Assembly (NCBI RefSeq): GCF_044704955.1
Contig: NC_091991.1
Location: 181,288,001 to 181,352,000, forward strand
Direction of reading: 5' to 3'
DNA from: Pristiophorus japonicus
Lineage: Eukaryota
DNA length: 64,000 bases
Shown: piece by piece, positions 38,821-51,792 of the stretch
How positions within the stretch are numbered: the stretch's first letter is position 1
Layout: each line of letters begins with the position of its first letter
Position numbers and translations under genes: made by a program
The notes under the pieces: generated by a model
Told to the model about the DNA's origin: nothing
Seen by the model: the letters and a program-made list of their open reading frames with translations, nothing else
The model's database searches: none

Positions 38821-41800
38821 TTGGACGCCGTCTCAGGTTAGATACTAAACCAAGGCCGTCTTTCTGTTCAATGGATATTGAAGATCTCCTATCCCATGGC
38901 ACTATTTGTAAAAGTGTGCGGAGTTCTTGGTGTCCTGACCAACACTCTTCCCTCAACTAGAATCTCCAACAGCACATTAACTGGTTATCCATCCCGTGAC
39001 CCCGCGATCATGCTGTGTCTAAAGTAGCTGCAGTATTTAGCAAATAACTTTGACTGGTGCTTAGTAATTCACTGCGAAGTGCTTGGGGATGGTTCTGATA
39101 AAATGCTCTATAAATGCACGTCCCTGCACTGAACTGGTGCTCTCATACCCAGCCTCCCACAAGCACACAGTGTTCACACCCTACAATTAACCCCCCCACA
39201 CACTCCACTCCTGATTTTGATTGAACAAGTGTTTACATGCATATCATTTACAGCATAAAAACATGGCAGTGTAAACAATCTGAACTCCTCGATTAGATCT
39301 CCGCCTCGAACCCACTCCTCCTCGGCATCCGTCATTCTGTATTTAATTATTTTTTCTCTTGTTGCAGAATCCACTTCAATGGGGGACTGAAAGCAAATGA
39401 CTGGACGTACAGAAGGCCTGGGCTCCCAAGCGATGGGGTAGCTCTAGTGTAGGGAAATGATCGCTGCCTTCGCCCTTGGTCTGGTGAAGACTCGCTGCTT
39501 CTCCACACTCGGACCGACTCTCTGTGTGGGTGGATAGTCTTCACTTCACCAATTGTAAATGGTAAACTGGCTCTGCTCAACACTAAAGAAAACCCAGAGC
39601 CCGGGAACATACTGTATTTATACTAGACATTATTTGTGGTGAAATGTGAAATCACCGAGCTTCCTGCACACTCTAACCGGCATTAACCCACTTCTAAATT
39701 AGAGAATGGCTTCAATTGCAGCCGAGTATAAAGATTGTATGCTTTCTCTCGTAAAAAGAATGCACCCATTACTGGACTTGATGTTTGTGTAAAATGCCCT
39801 TCAGACTGCCTGCTATTTGCACAGTTCTTGATTGTCTGATCTCCTTAACTAATCAACACCAGTGGGGATCCCCACTGATGCAATGCAGGATACAGCTCTC
39901 TAGGGGGCAGGATCCTGAGGGGGCATCAAGATGTGCAGCATTGTTTCAGCGCTTTGGCTGTTTCCTGGATGTCGCTGAGATCTAATGTAGGTGGTGGTGG
40001 AGGCAGGTGGGTTAATAATGAGGGACCAACCCTTCCACCAAACCAATGGTGATTCTTAGGTAACTAACTATCCAGTTTATGTGACAGCATTATTTCACTT
40101 AAGACCAACTCTTCCAGTAAGGCATGTTGCCTGATGAAATGGTGTGATTGAAAGGGAATTGGCTTCATGGGGGCAGCAAGCACAGAATTTTTAGTTTGTT
40201 TTATTAATTGGCAGAGAGAACATTTCCAGTCTTTAAAGGGTGCATGCTATGTAACAAATCAAACCCAACTTGTAGATACCTGCAGTTAAGTTCTTGCATA
40301 GTTATGTAGACTTGAATGTTCTCGGTTAGAAGGATTAGAGTCCAGATTTAGGAGGCCCGAGACAAGCAAGTGGGGTGCGAGTTGGGCGCTGGGAGCTCTC
40401 TGGTCATTGGTTGTTCTTGGGTTCCCTGTGGCTGATGGGCGTTGGGAAGGCTCTCTGGGTACTGCGCGGGTAGGGGGCCCACACCTGGTGCTTCCCACCT
40501 CCGGGGTCGACATCTGCCTCACTCGCTGGGACTGGTCAATGCCTCTCGGGTACATTGTCCCTGTGGGAGACATCCAGCTGTGCCATAACTCGGTGGGGGG
40601 GTTTCATCTCTCTGCTTGGAACAATTGAGCGTGACTTTGGACAGCAGGACTGACCTTGAGATTGTCCATCAAATCTATTTCCCCCCCCCCCCCCACCTTT
40701 TTCTCTCCCTCTTTAGGATGGCCCTCCCTTCCTCTCGGTACTTCAGTTATAACTCGTTTGCAATCTGGGCCTAAGCATGTGGGTAATGGGAGGCGAGAGC
40801 CTGCAGTGTAACGCTCGGTGACTCATCATTGGTGCAGCAGTAGCAGGGACAAGCCAGATCTAATTGCCGTCGATATTGCTTCATATGTGTGTGTGTGTAT
40901 TGTGCCCAGTCCTAGCCATGATGCACAGTTCGCATTCAGTACTGTCGCCTTGTGGTCGCTGGTATGCAACGGTCACCACACGTTAAAAAAATCCACGCAC
41001 AGGCATCTTCCATCCCATCAACTGGAGTTCAGGACTGGAACATCGGGTCCTTCATTGAAACATCTGTGAACTCTCGTGGAAGCAAGTCATCCTCGTTTGA
41101 GGGACCAGCTATAATGATGATGTCGCCACCTTGCATGCACTGTCTATTCTGCCTCTATCGCTCTCTAGAAGGGCAACCGGATTCCGTACCTTATTTTCCT
41201 GTGTCAGTTTTACATATGGACAAGTAAAGACCCTCTGGTCCATCGAGTCTGTCCCCCACAATTGCGGTATCTTGTGTATCATCATATACACACTCTCCAT
41301 CCCACCTGAAACCATGTGATCGGCGGGAAACTAGATTTAAAAACCCAGGCCAATTTGGAGACAAAAATCTGAGAGATTCCTCTCTGACCCATCTAGGTGA
41401 TCGAAACTAGTCCAGGAAATCACTCCAGCCCTGAATTCCCCGCAGTACCTACCTTCTGTAAATGGTGATCTCCGCCCCAGCCAGAAACCAGTCCAGCTCT
41501 CGCTTGAAGGAATTCAGCGGATCACCATCCACCATACGAGACGGCAGCCTGTTCCAGAGACCCACTATTCTCTGGGAAAAGAACCACTTCCTGACATCTA
41601 ACCTGGATCTGGCCTCGTACAACTTCGGGAGGACCAGGGGTCACAAATTTAACTGATTTAATTTGCCCGGGTTCCCTCTGCAGTGCACCCTGGCTGGGAC
41701 ACTCCAAGGGGAACTGGGGGACACCAGAGCACAGTTAGGACCTGCTGTATTAGTCACATCCATTAAAGCAGCATTAGAAAGTTTTGTGTGTAAATGTAAT

Positions 41801-44050
41801 AAATGTTTATGGTTACCTCTGTTTTTTGTCCATTGTAAATTCTCTTTTTCAAATATAAATGAAAAATGCTATCAGCCACTGAGGAGTTTATAAAGCACGG
41901 GGAGGGGAGGGTGTTCCCTGCAGAATCTAGTCTATAACAGAGGCTGAAAAAGGGTAGACATAGGAGCAAACCTTAGAATCTCTCAATTTTGTAACACAGG
42001 AGGCCATTCAGCCCATCGTGTCTGTACCAGCTCTCTGAAAGAGCTATCCATTATCCCATTACCCTGCCTTTTCACAATTTTGCTTTCCAATATTTTTGTG
42101 CTTCCATTTTAAACTTTTAAAATGTATCTGGGTGCTCAGTTGAGAGAGTTGGTGGACTAGAAGGACCAGGTTTGAATGGCCTTTCTCCATCCTTGACTGC
42201 TCTTGTGTCCCAACAGCTGCTCTGCCCAGCCTCAATAACTCGCTGACTGCCAGAGGAATTTCTGACACCAGCTGTCATGACGGCTCCTGGAGGGAGATTT
42301 TCAACTTGTGCCATGGTTGGTTGTTTTGTACTGAGGGCCTCCTCGGTCTGGGCTGGATGAAGCCCAGTGTCTGGCCACTGACCCAGCCCACAGCCTCTGG
42401 GCCGGCTCGTGTAGCCTTGCACCTCCCTGAGTGAACGGGCAGCCCAGGGCCGAATTACATCGCACCCACCCAAAGAATGAGGGGAATGAGCAGGTCTGAT
42501 TTTGTGTCATTAATGATGCAACAATTTATATAGCACCTTAATGCAGTAGAACGTCCCAAGGTGCTTCACGGGAGCGTATCGGACCAAAATGGACACCGAG
42601 CCAAAGGAGGAGCCATTAGGACAGGTGACCAAAAGCTTGGTCAAAGAGGTCGGCTTCACGGCGAGTCTTGGGTGGAGAGGTTCAGGGATTTCAGGAGCTT
42701 GGGCCGAGACAGTTGAAGGCACGGCCACCAATCGTGGAGTAAAGAAATTGCGGGATGAGCAAACGACCATCGTTGGAGGAATGCGGAGTGTTGGATAATG
42801 AGCGCTCAAACACCCTTACAATTAGTTGCTTTGCTTTTGAGTGCAGTCACTGTTATGTAGGTAACTAGAGCAATATGGTGACAGACTGGTTATTACTTGC
42901 TTGTGCTGGCCAGGGCACCTCTGCTTTTCTTCAAATAGTGCCACGGGACAGTTAACATTGCCCAGTTTACCATCTCATCCGAAAGATGGCACCTCAGACA
43001 GTGCCGCACTCCCTCAGTACTGCACTGGAGTGTCAGCGGCTCAAGTTACTGAGGTGGGCCTCCAATCCACAACCTTCTGAATCGGCGCGAGAGCGCTCCC
43101 CATGACTGACACTTGTGAAGCTGTGCTTGTCAGACTAGATGCTGGGTAACAGTCTGTGCGATTCTGCCCTTTACAGACCTTGGCAATAAACATGTGTTTT
43201 GTTGGCCTGAATCAATCCCATCAGCTCGCCTGTGCTACAGACTGTGAACGAGAACTATCCTCGTTCTCAGTGAGGGCACTTCAATGGCTGTCACAGCTCC
43301 TGGACTCGGGTTTTTTCACAACCCCTGCTCCTCACCATCCCATGACCCCTGTTGGCGATGTATGTGTTTGAGGTCAGGCTCAAGTTGTGATGGCTTCCAG
43401 GGTTGAATACCCCGCTGACACTTGATGTCCGAGCTCGCATGTTAAGAATGGCTAGCTGGGGGAGAGCTTGTGGAGACTGCGTGGGGGCGGTGATTCTCGT
43501 AAAGCACCGAGCAACAGACCCCTCCATTCTGATAAGTGGGTTGACACAGGCTTGTAAACTCAATTTGCAATTGGATGGAAACTACATATTAACATTGATT
43601 CTTGACAGTAAGACCAGTCATGTGTCTGCTGGGAGCTGGTGTTTGTAGTGATGCACCTTTCTCTCCTGGTTCAGGTTGCACCATCCTTTATCGGACTGAA
43701 ACTTCAGTGATTTGCTGAAGAATTGTTTCCTCCACTATTACCCAAACCGTTTGCTGGTTGACAGGACGTTGCTGTCACAGATGAACCGATCTCTCCATGA
43801 GGCTCTAACTTAAACACGTCGCTGTTAGAAAGCTGCTGTATCTCTTCGTGTGTTAGCTTGCGCTGGGGGTGTATCTGGGTGTGGTGTGTGGTATGTTGGA
43901 AAATGTCCCTATCAGGGGCTGGTGGCACAGTCAGAGATAGGTTAGGATAACAACTGAACCAGAGTTCATGAGAGATGTTGATCAGGAAAGGAACTGAAGT
44001 TGAGCTTGCACAACCATACCCTGCCCCCCTTTCCCCCTTCCCCTCCCCCT

Positions 44051-44340
44051 CTCCCACCCTCAGTACACTGCAAATATACTCCCCCACCCTTGGTACACCC
44101 CAAATGCACTCCCCCACCCACGGTACATTGCAAATACCCTCCCCCACCCCCGGTACACCCGGAATATCCTCCCCCACCGTCAGTATACCCCAAATACCCT
44201 GTCTGACCCTTGGTACACCCCAAATACCCTGCCCCACCCTCAGTACACCCCAAGATCTCACCCCCACCCCTGGTAAGCACCAAATACCCTGCCTGACCCT
44301 CGGTGTGTACCAAATACCCTCCCCCACACTCAGTATGTAC
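44051..44340 (+). repeat. Degenerate 30-bp minisatellite (CCCCCACCCTCGGTACACCCCAAATACCCT), about 10 copies
   Basis: Exact 30-nt register with no indels across units. Confidence 0.85.
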
Positions 44341-44794
44341 GAAAGCACCACTCTTGATTCCTGACTCGGAGGCAGTCCTGGGGGTGAAGTTGGTCTTCGG
44401 CGACAGAGAATCGCTCTCCCACCTGAAGCCAGTGGAAGTCAAAGAAAATCGGGTGACTGTAAAACAGTCAGCGTGTTTTGTGCAACTGTCGAAGAGTGCG
44501 GGTGTGTTTGTGAATGTGTGTGCGTCTCTCCACCCGCCCCTCCCCCTGTCATTGGTGGCTGTGCCTTCAGCTGCCTGGGCCCTAAGCTCTGGAATTCCCT
44601 CTCTCCACCTCTCCTCCTTTACAATGCTCCTTAAAACCTAACTCTTTTAGCAAACCCTGTCCTAATATTTCCTTATGTAGCTCGTGTCAAATGTTGTTTC
44701 TTTATGTTAAAGGCACAGTGTAACTACGAGTTGCTGTGTTTGGGTATGTGTGTATTTCTGGGTACATCAGATCACAGATGAAATCACCTTCGAA

Positions 44795-45600
44795 TATAAG
44801 AAATAGGAGCAGGAGTAGGCCATCCGGCCCCTCGAGCCTGCTCCGCCAATCAGTAAGATTATGGCTGAGCCGATCATGGACTCAGCTCCACTTCCCCGCC
44901 CGCTCCCCATAACCCCTTATCCCCTTATCGTTTAAGAAACTCTCTATTTCTGTCTTAAATTTATTCAATGTCCCAGCTTCCACAGCTCTCTGAGGCAGCG
45001 GATTCCACAGATCCACAACCCTCTAAGAGAATAAATTCTCCTTCATCTCAGTTTTAACTCGGCGGCCCCTTATTCTAAGATCATGCCCTCTAGTTCTAGT
45101 CTCCCCCATCAGTGGAAACATCCTCTCTGCATCCACCTTGTCAAGCCCACTCATAATCTTATACATTTTGATACGATCACCTCTTATTCTACTGAATTCC
45201 AATGAGTAGAGGCCCAACCTACTCAACCTTTCCTCATAAATCAACCTCCTCATCTCCGGAATCAACCTAGTGAACCTTCTCTGAACTGCCTCCAAAGCAA
45301 GTATATCCTTTCGTAAATATAGAAACCAAAACTGCACACAGTTTTGCCCTCACCAATACCCTGTATAACTGTAGCAAGACTTCTCTGCTTTTATACTCCA
45401 TCCCCTTTGCAATAAAGGCCAAGATACCATTGGCCTTCCTGATCACTTGCTATACCTGCATACTATCCTTTTGTGTTTCATGCACAAGTACCCCCAGGTC
45501 CTGCTGTCTGCAGCACTTTGCAATTTTTCTCCATTTAAATAATAACTTGCTCTTTGATTTTTTTCTGCCAAAGTGTATGACCTTACATTTTCCAACACTC
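44795..45600 (-). mobile_element. CR1-type LINE 3' fragment
   Basis: ORF 45023-45337. Confidence 0.85.
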
Positions 45601-46544
45601 TTATACTCGCAATCACACACACACACACACACACACAGTCACTCATGCACACAGTCACAAACGATCACATGCTCTCACTCACACTCGCATAAAACAGACA
45701 TGCTGTGCTCAGGCACCGTCCGATTTCGAGGTCGGGTCTGAAATGGGTGCATTGCCGATGCAGATCTGGGGTCTGTCACCTGGCCAAGTCTGGTGCCCTA
45801 ACCAACACTGCGAGGGGAGACCACGGAGACTGGGAATTTTTTTAAAGGCCAAATGTTGCAAGTGAGCCGTGCAGTCATAACACCAGTTAATGTGGCATCT
45901 CTTCTGTGGTAGGGGGAGTGTGAGCAATCTCCCTGCCCACACAACATGAAGCAGCAGCAGAGGCTGATGGCTCCACCCGCTGCAGGATCACCGCTCAATG
46001 TCATCACGCATTCTGTCAGCTCCGAGTCGCTGGTGTTTGCTGAATGTCTATCCGTCTCGGACCTTGTCACCGGTATTTCCTAAGATGTAATTTAGCACAG
46101 AAAGCACCGAGCATGCACTTGTGTTAGTATCAGAATCTCTGTTTGAACCGGTGCAATCTCACTGCCAATCGCACAACTGGAAATCCGCAAATTGAATAGA
46201 GCTGGAGAGGAGAGGAGGGGAGGGAGGGAGAGAGAGAGAGGAGGGAGGGAGGGAGAGGAGCAGAATTAGGAAGGGGTGGACGAGGAGGTCATGGTAAAGA
46301 TTACGAGGGATCGAAACACTGGCAACACCCACCCACCATTTAACATGATCTCTGTTGATGTTATTTTCTGCTCTCCTCCTCTCCCTCAGGATGGTGTGAA
46401 GTAGTAGGCCCCTTCCTCCTCTTCCTGGGGTGTTCACACAGGGTTGACAAGGCCTCAGGTAGGAGCAAAAGCAGAGAGCCCCTTCTCTCACTGCTCTCTG
46501 CTGCAAATGAGCAGGCCACGCCTCCAATAGCTCCACAACTCTTT

Positions 46545-46820
46545 TGGTTGGATAAAAATAAAACAGTTAAGTCAAATGCCCTCCAATCTGGGGGACACTC
46601 CAAACATTTTTCAAGGCCCTTTTTTCCTTTTTTTTTTTGTTTTTGTTTTTTGTGGGGTTTTTTTGGGCGTTAAAATCATACATTTTACAAGTGCCCCCTA
46701 TAAAAGGGGAGGGGGACACTAAAACCCGGCAGTTAAAACAAATTAAACTTTAAAACATATAAAATCAAATTAAAATTTGGTTGCCGGGGGTAATAATGCA
46801 CTCCAGTCCCTCTGGACATG
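46545..46820 (-). mobile_element. Probable Tx1/L1-clade LINE 3' end
   Basis: Minus strand reads PEGLECIITPGNQILI* then a 3' UTR with a GTGCCCCCT...AGGGGGACAC stem; family call is inference. Confidence 0.45.
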
Positions 46821-46886
46821 ACCCCTGTTACCAACAGAGGAACAAAGCAGGTGATGGAGTGAGACCAACTCAATGAAGGCTTAACG

Positions 46887-47481
46887 TAAGAACATAAGAA
46901 ATAGGAGCAGGAGCAGGCCATTTGACCTCTCAGGCCGTCCTTGCCATTTTATAAGATCATGGCTGATCTTCTACCTCAAATCCACTTTCCCGCCCGATCC
47001 CCATATCCTTTCCCTTAATATCCAAAAATCTATCGATCTTTGCTTTGAATATACTCAACGACTGAGCCTCCATAGCCCTCTGAGGTAGAGAATTCCAAAG
47101 ATACACCACCCTCTGTGAAGAAATTTCTCCTCATCTCAGTCCTAAATGGTCGACCCCTTATTCTGAGACTGTGACCCCTGGTTCTAGCTCCCCAGCCCGG
47201 GGGAAACACTCTCCCTGCATCTACCCTATCAATCCCTGTAAGAATTTTGCATGTTTCAATGAGATCACCTCTCATTCTTCTAAACTGTAGAGAATATCGG
47301 CCTAGTCTGCTCAATCTCTCCTCAAAGGACAATCCCCCCATCCCAGGAATCAGTCTGGTGAACCTTCGTTGCACTCCCTCTATGACAAGTATATCCTTCC
47401 TTGGGTAAGGAGACCAGAACTGTCCACAATACTCCAGGTGTGGTCTCACCAGGGCCCTGTATAATTACAGTAAGACGTCTT
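46887..47481 (-). mobile_element. CR1-type LINE 3' fragment, interrupted at 47481 by a TIR element
   Basis: ORF 47030-47449; LINE-like sequence resumes at ~49617. Confidence 0.82.
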
Positions 47482-49616
47482 GGGGCTGAAATTGCCCCTC
47501 TTGCTAAGGCCCATTAACACCTCAAATCGGCGGCCATACTGCGGAGTGCAGTGGCCGCCGAGCTCCCGTCAAATGGCCACCAATATTGCTATTCCCCTGA
47601 CATGGTCTTGCAGCGGTCGGCATCTCCGCACTTCCCCCGCCCCCCCAGTTCCACGGCGGTGATTGACAGCATTCAGTACGTCATCACTCCACGCATCGCC
47701 GAGGTCCCAGGAAGGAAGCGAGATTCCCCTTGAAAGGCCGCTCGGCGGTCCCAAGAGTTGCTTTTTTCTCTGGCGTTACATCTTAAAGGCTTGTTGATTT
47801 CACAGAATTTCGTGCCAGCGACTTTTTGACGTTGTTAGACTCGCGTTGCAAGGCTTCAGTGCGCACTGCTTGCCGAGTGCTGGAGGTGTCTTCCAGCGGT
47901 AGGCCACTTGGAGGAGGCGGCACTTGTGGAGGGTCTCAAGATAGGGGCACGCCTCCGTGCATTGTGCGTGCCACCGAGGTATGGAGGGAAGGCGGCGCCA
48001 GGGCAAAGGATGCCGAGGCAGCGGGCAAGGGCCGCAGGCATCATGGCGGTGCATGATGGAGAGGGCCAGGGAGATGGCCACAGAGGGCAAGCAAGAGAGC
48101 TGGCATACAAAGCCGCTCAGAAAGGGCCTCCCCCAAGGAGGAAAGTCAGATTCACCAATCCCCTCCAGCAGCTAATGGGCGAGCCAGTGAGCCACCTCAC
48201 ATAGCAAGACAGCCACACAGAAGTGGGGGCAAGAGGCCATATCACCGAAGGGTCTACCACCAAAAATTTGCATACACTGATATGAGTGATGATCAGTGCC
48301 TGCGCAGCCTGAGATTCCACTTAAGCCTGCATTTAGCTATTTCCATGGCCCACATATCATTCCCACACACTGTCATGACAGATCTGATCACAAATTTCAA
48401 ACACAAAAAGATTTATTACTATTATGTCTGTTGTGTATTTATGAATGACTCCACGCGGCAATGTGTTGTACTCAAACTGTAGTGACCTTGGTCATTTACT
48501 CGTAACGCCAGAGTAAGCAAGCCACATGGTGGCTCCCCTTTTATACAGCCCCTGCCACCAGGGCAGGAAACCCCGGCCTCCACCAGTTGCACCCTCTAGT
48601 GGTGCCAGCATAGTATATACACAGTGTAAACCTTATTGATAGTACATCAGGTAAACAAGTCTCCATCTTATGCAACTATATAGTGACTACACAGAGAGTA
48701 TATCTATCGTCTGCATATATATCAATTACAACCCAAACAATGGGTCTCAAAAACACTTACAATATCCATTATCACCCTTGTCCAACTCCTTCTTACCCCT
48801 CTTATGCAAATCTATCCTTACAGTACGCCGCAGTGTCTCTCCTTTGTCTGCCTCATGGCTTTGGGAAGGCAGTTATGTGTTTGTAGAGGAAGCTGCAGAT
48901 GTCCTTTTTGGATGCCCCGACCAGCTCTGGCCCTGGAAGGGCCGGCTGAAGACTGGGCCACATCCTCCTGTGCGCCTTCAGTCGGAAGTGGCTGGGGGAA
49001 AGCCATGCTTGGCAGCAATTACGCACTGGCAGGTCTCGGCTCAGGGCTGCTGTGAACCAGAGAGGCAACATCAGTAGCCTGGTCTGAGGAGCCCGGGGTA
49101 GCACCCCATCTCCCCCACCAAGCTGCTGGACCACAGGTCGATGGGGGGGGAGTGGAACCCTTAGGCCCCCGGACCCAGCCGCAACGGCAGAAGTCAGATC
49201 TCGCGTAGCCTCCAGCTGACACTGCATGACAGCAGCCACACTCCGGAAGCCATCAGAGACGAAAGCAGTCAGAGGCTCTGTGCCCCGTTGTCCAGAGTGC
49301 ATGAGAGCATTCTGAGCTTCCAGGGCAGCAGCTATCCTGTGCAAAGAAAGGTCAAGACGAACTGAAGACACAGCTGCAAAACCTGCCCTTTCCGAAGGCC
49401 AGGGAGTAGGTGCATGGTGAGCATGATGGTTTGCATGAAATGGATGAGGGCAATTTCTCAGTACAAACACGACACCGCAGCTACACCATTGAAAACAGCC
49501 ATTGCCACCAGCAATTAAGACCCTATTCCATTTATAACACAAAAAAGGGCAATTTCGATCTTATTACCACTGCAATCAGACCACCCCGTTTCAGGCGGAG
49601 GGAAATTTTGGGCCCC
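47482..49616. mobile_element. Degenerate TIR DNA transposon (PIF/Harbinger-like) carrying a solo LTR
   Basis: Imperfect TIRs GGGGCTGAAATTGCCC / GGGAAATTTTGGGCCCC, short (C)TT target duplication. Confidence 0.6.
48425..48724. mobile_element. Probable 300-bp solo LTR
   Basis: TG...CA ends with flanking ATTA duplication (48421-48424, 48725-48728); similar to 17105-17385. Confidence 0.55.
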
Positions 49617-50391
49617 TTTACTCTTATACCCTTAAATATGAGAAGGGTAGAAAATGGTGATGCATTCACATTCATTCAAAATTTAATAAAACAGGATAAC
49701 AAATGGGCCAGATTGTGTTACACAGGATAATACACAGACTGGCGTGTGTACACAGATGCTGACGAGTTTCCTCCAGTCTTTCTCTTACCCCCACTGCAAA
49801 GGACAAGCAGTCAGTCAGCTCCTTTATCACTTTCAGTGAGATTGCCGCAATAATCACCCGCCGTTTCTATTCAAACTCTACACCTGTGGCTGCAGCAGTA
49901 AACTGGGATTGGCCAGTTAGATTTGGAAACTGTTCGGATGATGTTGCCGAGGGGCAGCATGTAGATGCGAAATAGGAGGGGGCCAAGGATAGATCCATGT
50001 TAGGATATGGGCAGGTTGTAGTTTCTCAGTACAAGGTCTCTGATAGGTACACGTTGACTAATATCCTTACTGTCTTCCATTCTTATCTAAATCGTAGGCA
50101 GAGAATCACCTGCAACGGCTTCTCTTCCCACCCCCACATCGTTACCTCTGGTGTCCCCCAAGGATCTAGCTTGGGATCGAGACAACAGAAGGCACAGCCA
50201 CTAATGGTGGAGCGATTATAATCAGGGATGCTCAAGAGGCCAGAATTAGAGGAGCGCAGAAGTCTTGGGGGGTTGTGGGGCTGGAGGAGATTACAGAGAT
50301 AGAGAGGGGTGAGGCCATGGAGGGATTTGAAAACAAGGATGAGAATTTTGAAATCGAGGCGTTGCTTAACCGGAAGCCAATGTAGGGAAGC

Positions 50392-50870
50392 GAGCACAGG
50401 GGGGATGGGTGAGTGGGACTCGGTGCGAGTTAGGACATGGGGCTGCGAGCCCAGGGGCTGATGGGTGAGTGGGACTCGGTGCGAGTTCGGACACGGGGCA
50501 GCGAGCACAGAGGGTGATGGGTGAGTGGGACTCGGTGCGAGTTAGGACACGGGGCAGTGAGCACAGGGGGTGATGGGTGAGTGGGACTCGGTGCGAGTTA
50601 GGACACGGGGCAGCGAGCACAGGGGGTGATGGGTGAGTGGGACTCGGTGCGAGTTAGGACACGGGGCAGCGAGCCCAGGGGGTGATGGGTGAGTGGGACT
50701 CGGTGCGAGTTAGGACACGGGGCAGTGAGCACAGGGGGTGATGGATGCGAGTTAGGACACGGGTCACAGGGGTGATGGGTGAGCGGGACTTGGTGCGAGT
50801 TAGGACACGGGGCAGCGAGCACAGAGGTGATGGGTGAGTGGGACTCGGTGCGAGTTAGGACACGGGAGCA
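50392..50870 (+). repeat. 56-bp minisatellite expanded inside an antisense L2-like LINE fragment (approx. 50170-51150), about 9 copies
   Basis: Unit GAGCACAGGGGGTGATGGGTGAGTGGGACTCGGTGCGAGTTAGGACACGGGGCAGC; the reverse complement of the unexpanded monomer occurs at ~22655-22690. Confidence 0.9.
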
Positions 50871-51357
50871 GTGGGTTTAGGATCTAGTTTCCACCGGGCA
50901 GAATGTGGGAGGCCAGCCAGGAGTGCGTTGGAATAGTCAAGTCTGGAGGTAACAAAGGCATGGACGAGGGCTTCAGCAGCGGAAGAGCTGAGGCGCGGGG
51001 CGGAGACGGGCGATGTGACGGAGGTGGTAATAGGCGGTTTTAGTTACGCCGTGGATATGTGGCCGGAAACTCATTTCAGGGTCAAATATAACACCAGCCT
51101 CAGGCAGGAGTTGGGGAGAGGGATGGAGTTTGTGGCGGGAACCGAAAACCATGGGCACGGGAATAATTGGTGAAAGGCGCTATATAAATGCAAGTTCTTC
51201 CTTTTTATGCAAACCCCTCAGTTTTCTTGTCCTCCGTTGCCCGGGAAATGCCAGGCAGAGGTTGGGTAGCGCTCTGATTTGTCGGCTGAGCTGTCAATCA
51301 CACGCCGTCGCTACGTAGCCGCCCGGGAGCATTTAAACCGCTCGCTCCGCCAGTCGG

Positions 51358-51760
51358 CCAATGGGAGGCGGCGGCCGGGAATGTATTTAAATGAGCTCAG
51401 CCAATGGGAGGCGGTGGCTGGGCTGTATTTAAATGAGCTCAGCCAATGGGAGGCGGCGGCCGGGAATGTATTTAAATGAGCTCAGCCAATGGGAGGCGGC
51501 GGCCAGGAATGTATTTAAATGAGCTCAGCCAATGGGAGGCGGTGGCTGGGCTGTATTTAAATGAGCTCAGCCAATGGGAGGCGGCGGCCGGGAATGTATT
51601 TAAATGAGCTCAGCCAATGGGAGGCGGCGGCCGGGAATGTATTTAAATGAGCTCAGCCAATGGGAGGCGGCGGCCAGGAATGTATTTAAATGAGCTCAGC
51701 CAATGGGAGGCGGCGGCCGGGAATGTATTTAAATGAGCTCAGCCAATGGGAGGCGGCGCC
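51358..51760 (+). repeat. 42-43-bp minisatellite in PLK1 promoter, unit CCAATGGGAGGCGGCGGCCGGGAATGTATTTAAATGAGCTCAG, 9 full units plus a partial (10 CCAAT boxes)
   Basis: CCAAT at 51358, 51401, 51443, 51486, 51529, 51571, 51614, 51657, 51700, 51743. Confidence 0.95.
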
Positions 51761-51776
51761 GGGCTGGCTAACGGCC

Positions 51777-51792
51777 GGCGCTGGGATTTGAA
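51777..51792 (+). promoter_or_regulatory. CDE/CHR cell-cycle element of PLK1 promoter (GGCGCTGGGATTTGAA)
   Basis: Canonical CHR TTTGAA at 51787-51792 preceded by GC-rich CDE-like GGCGC, ~210 bp upstream of the ATG; CDE/CHR is established for mammalian PLK1. Confidence 0.75.
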
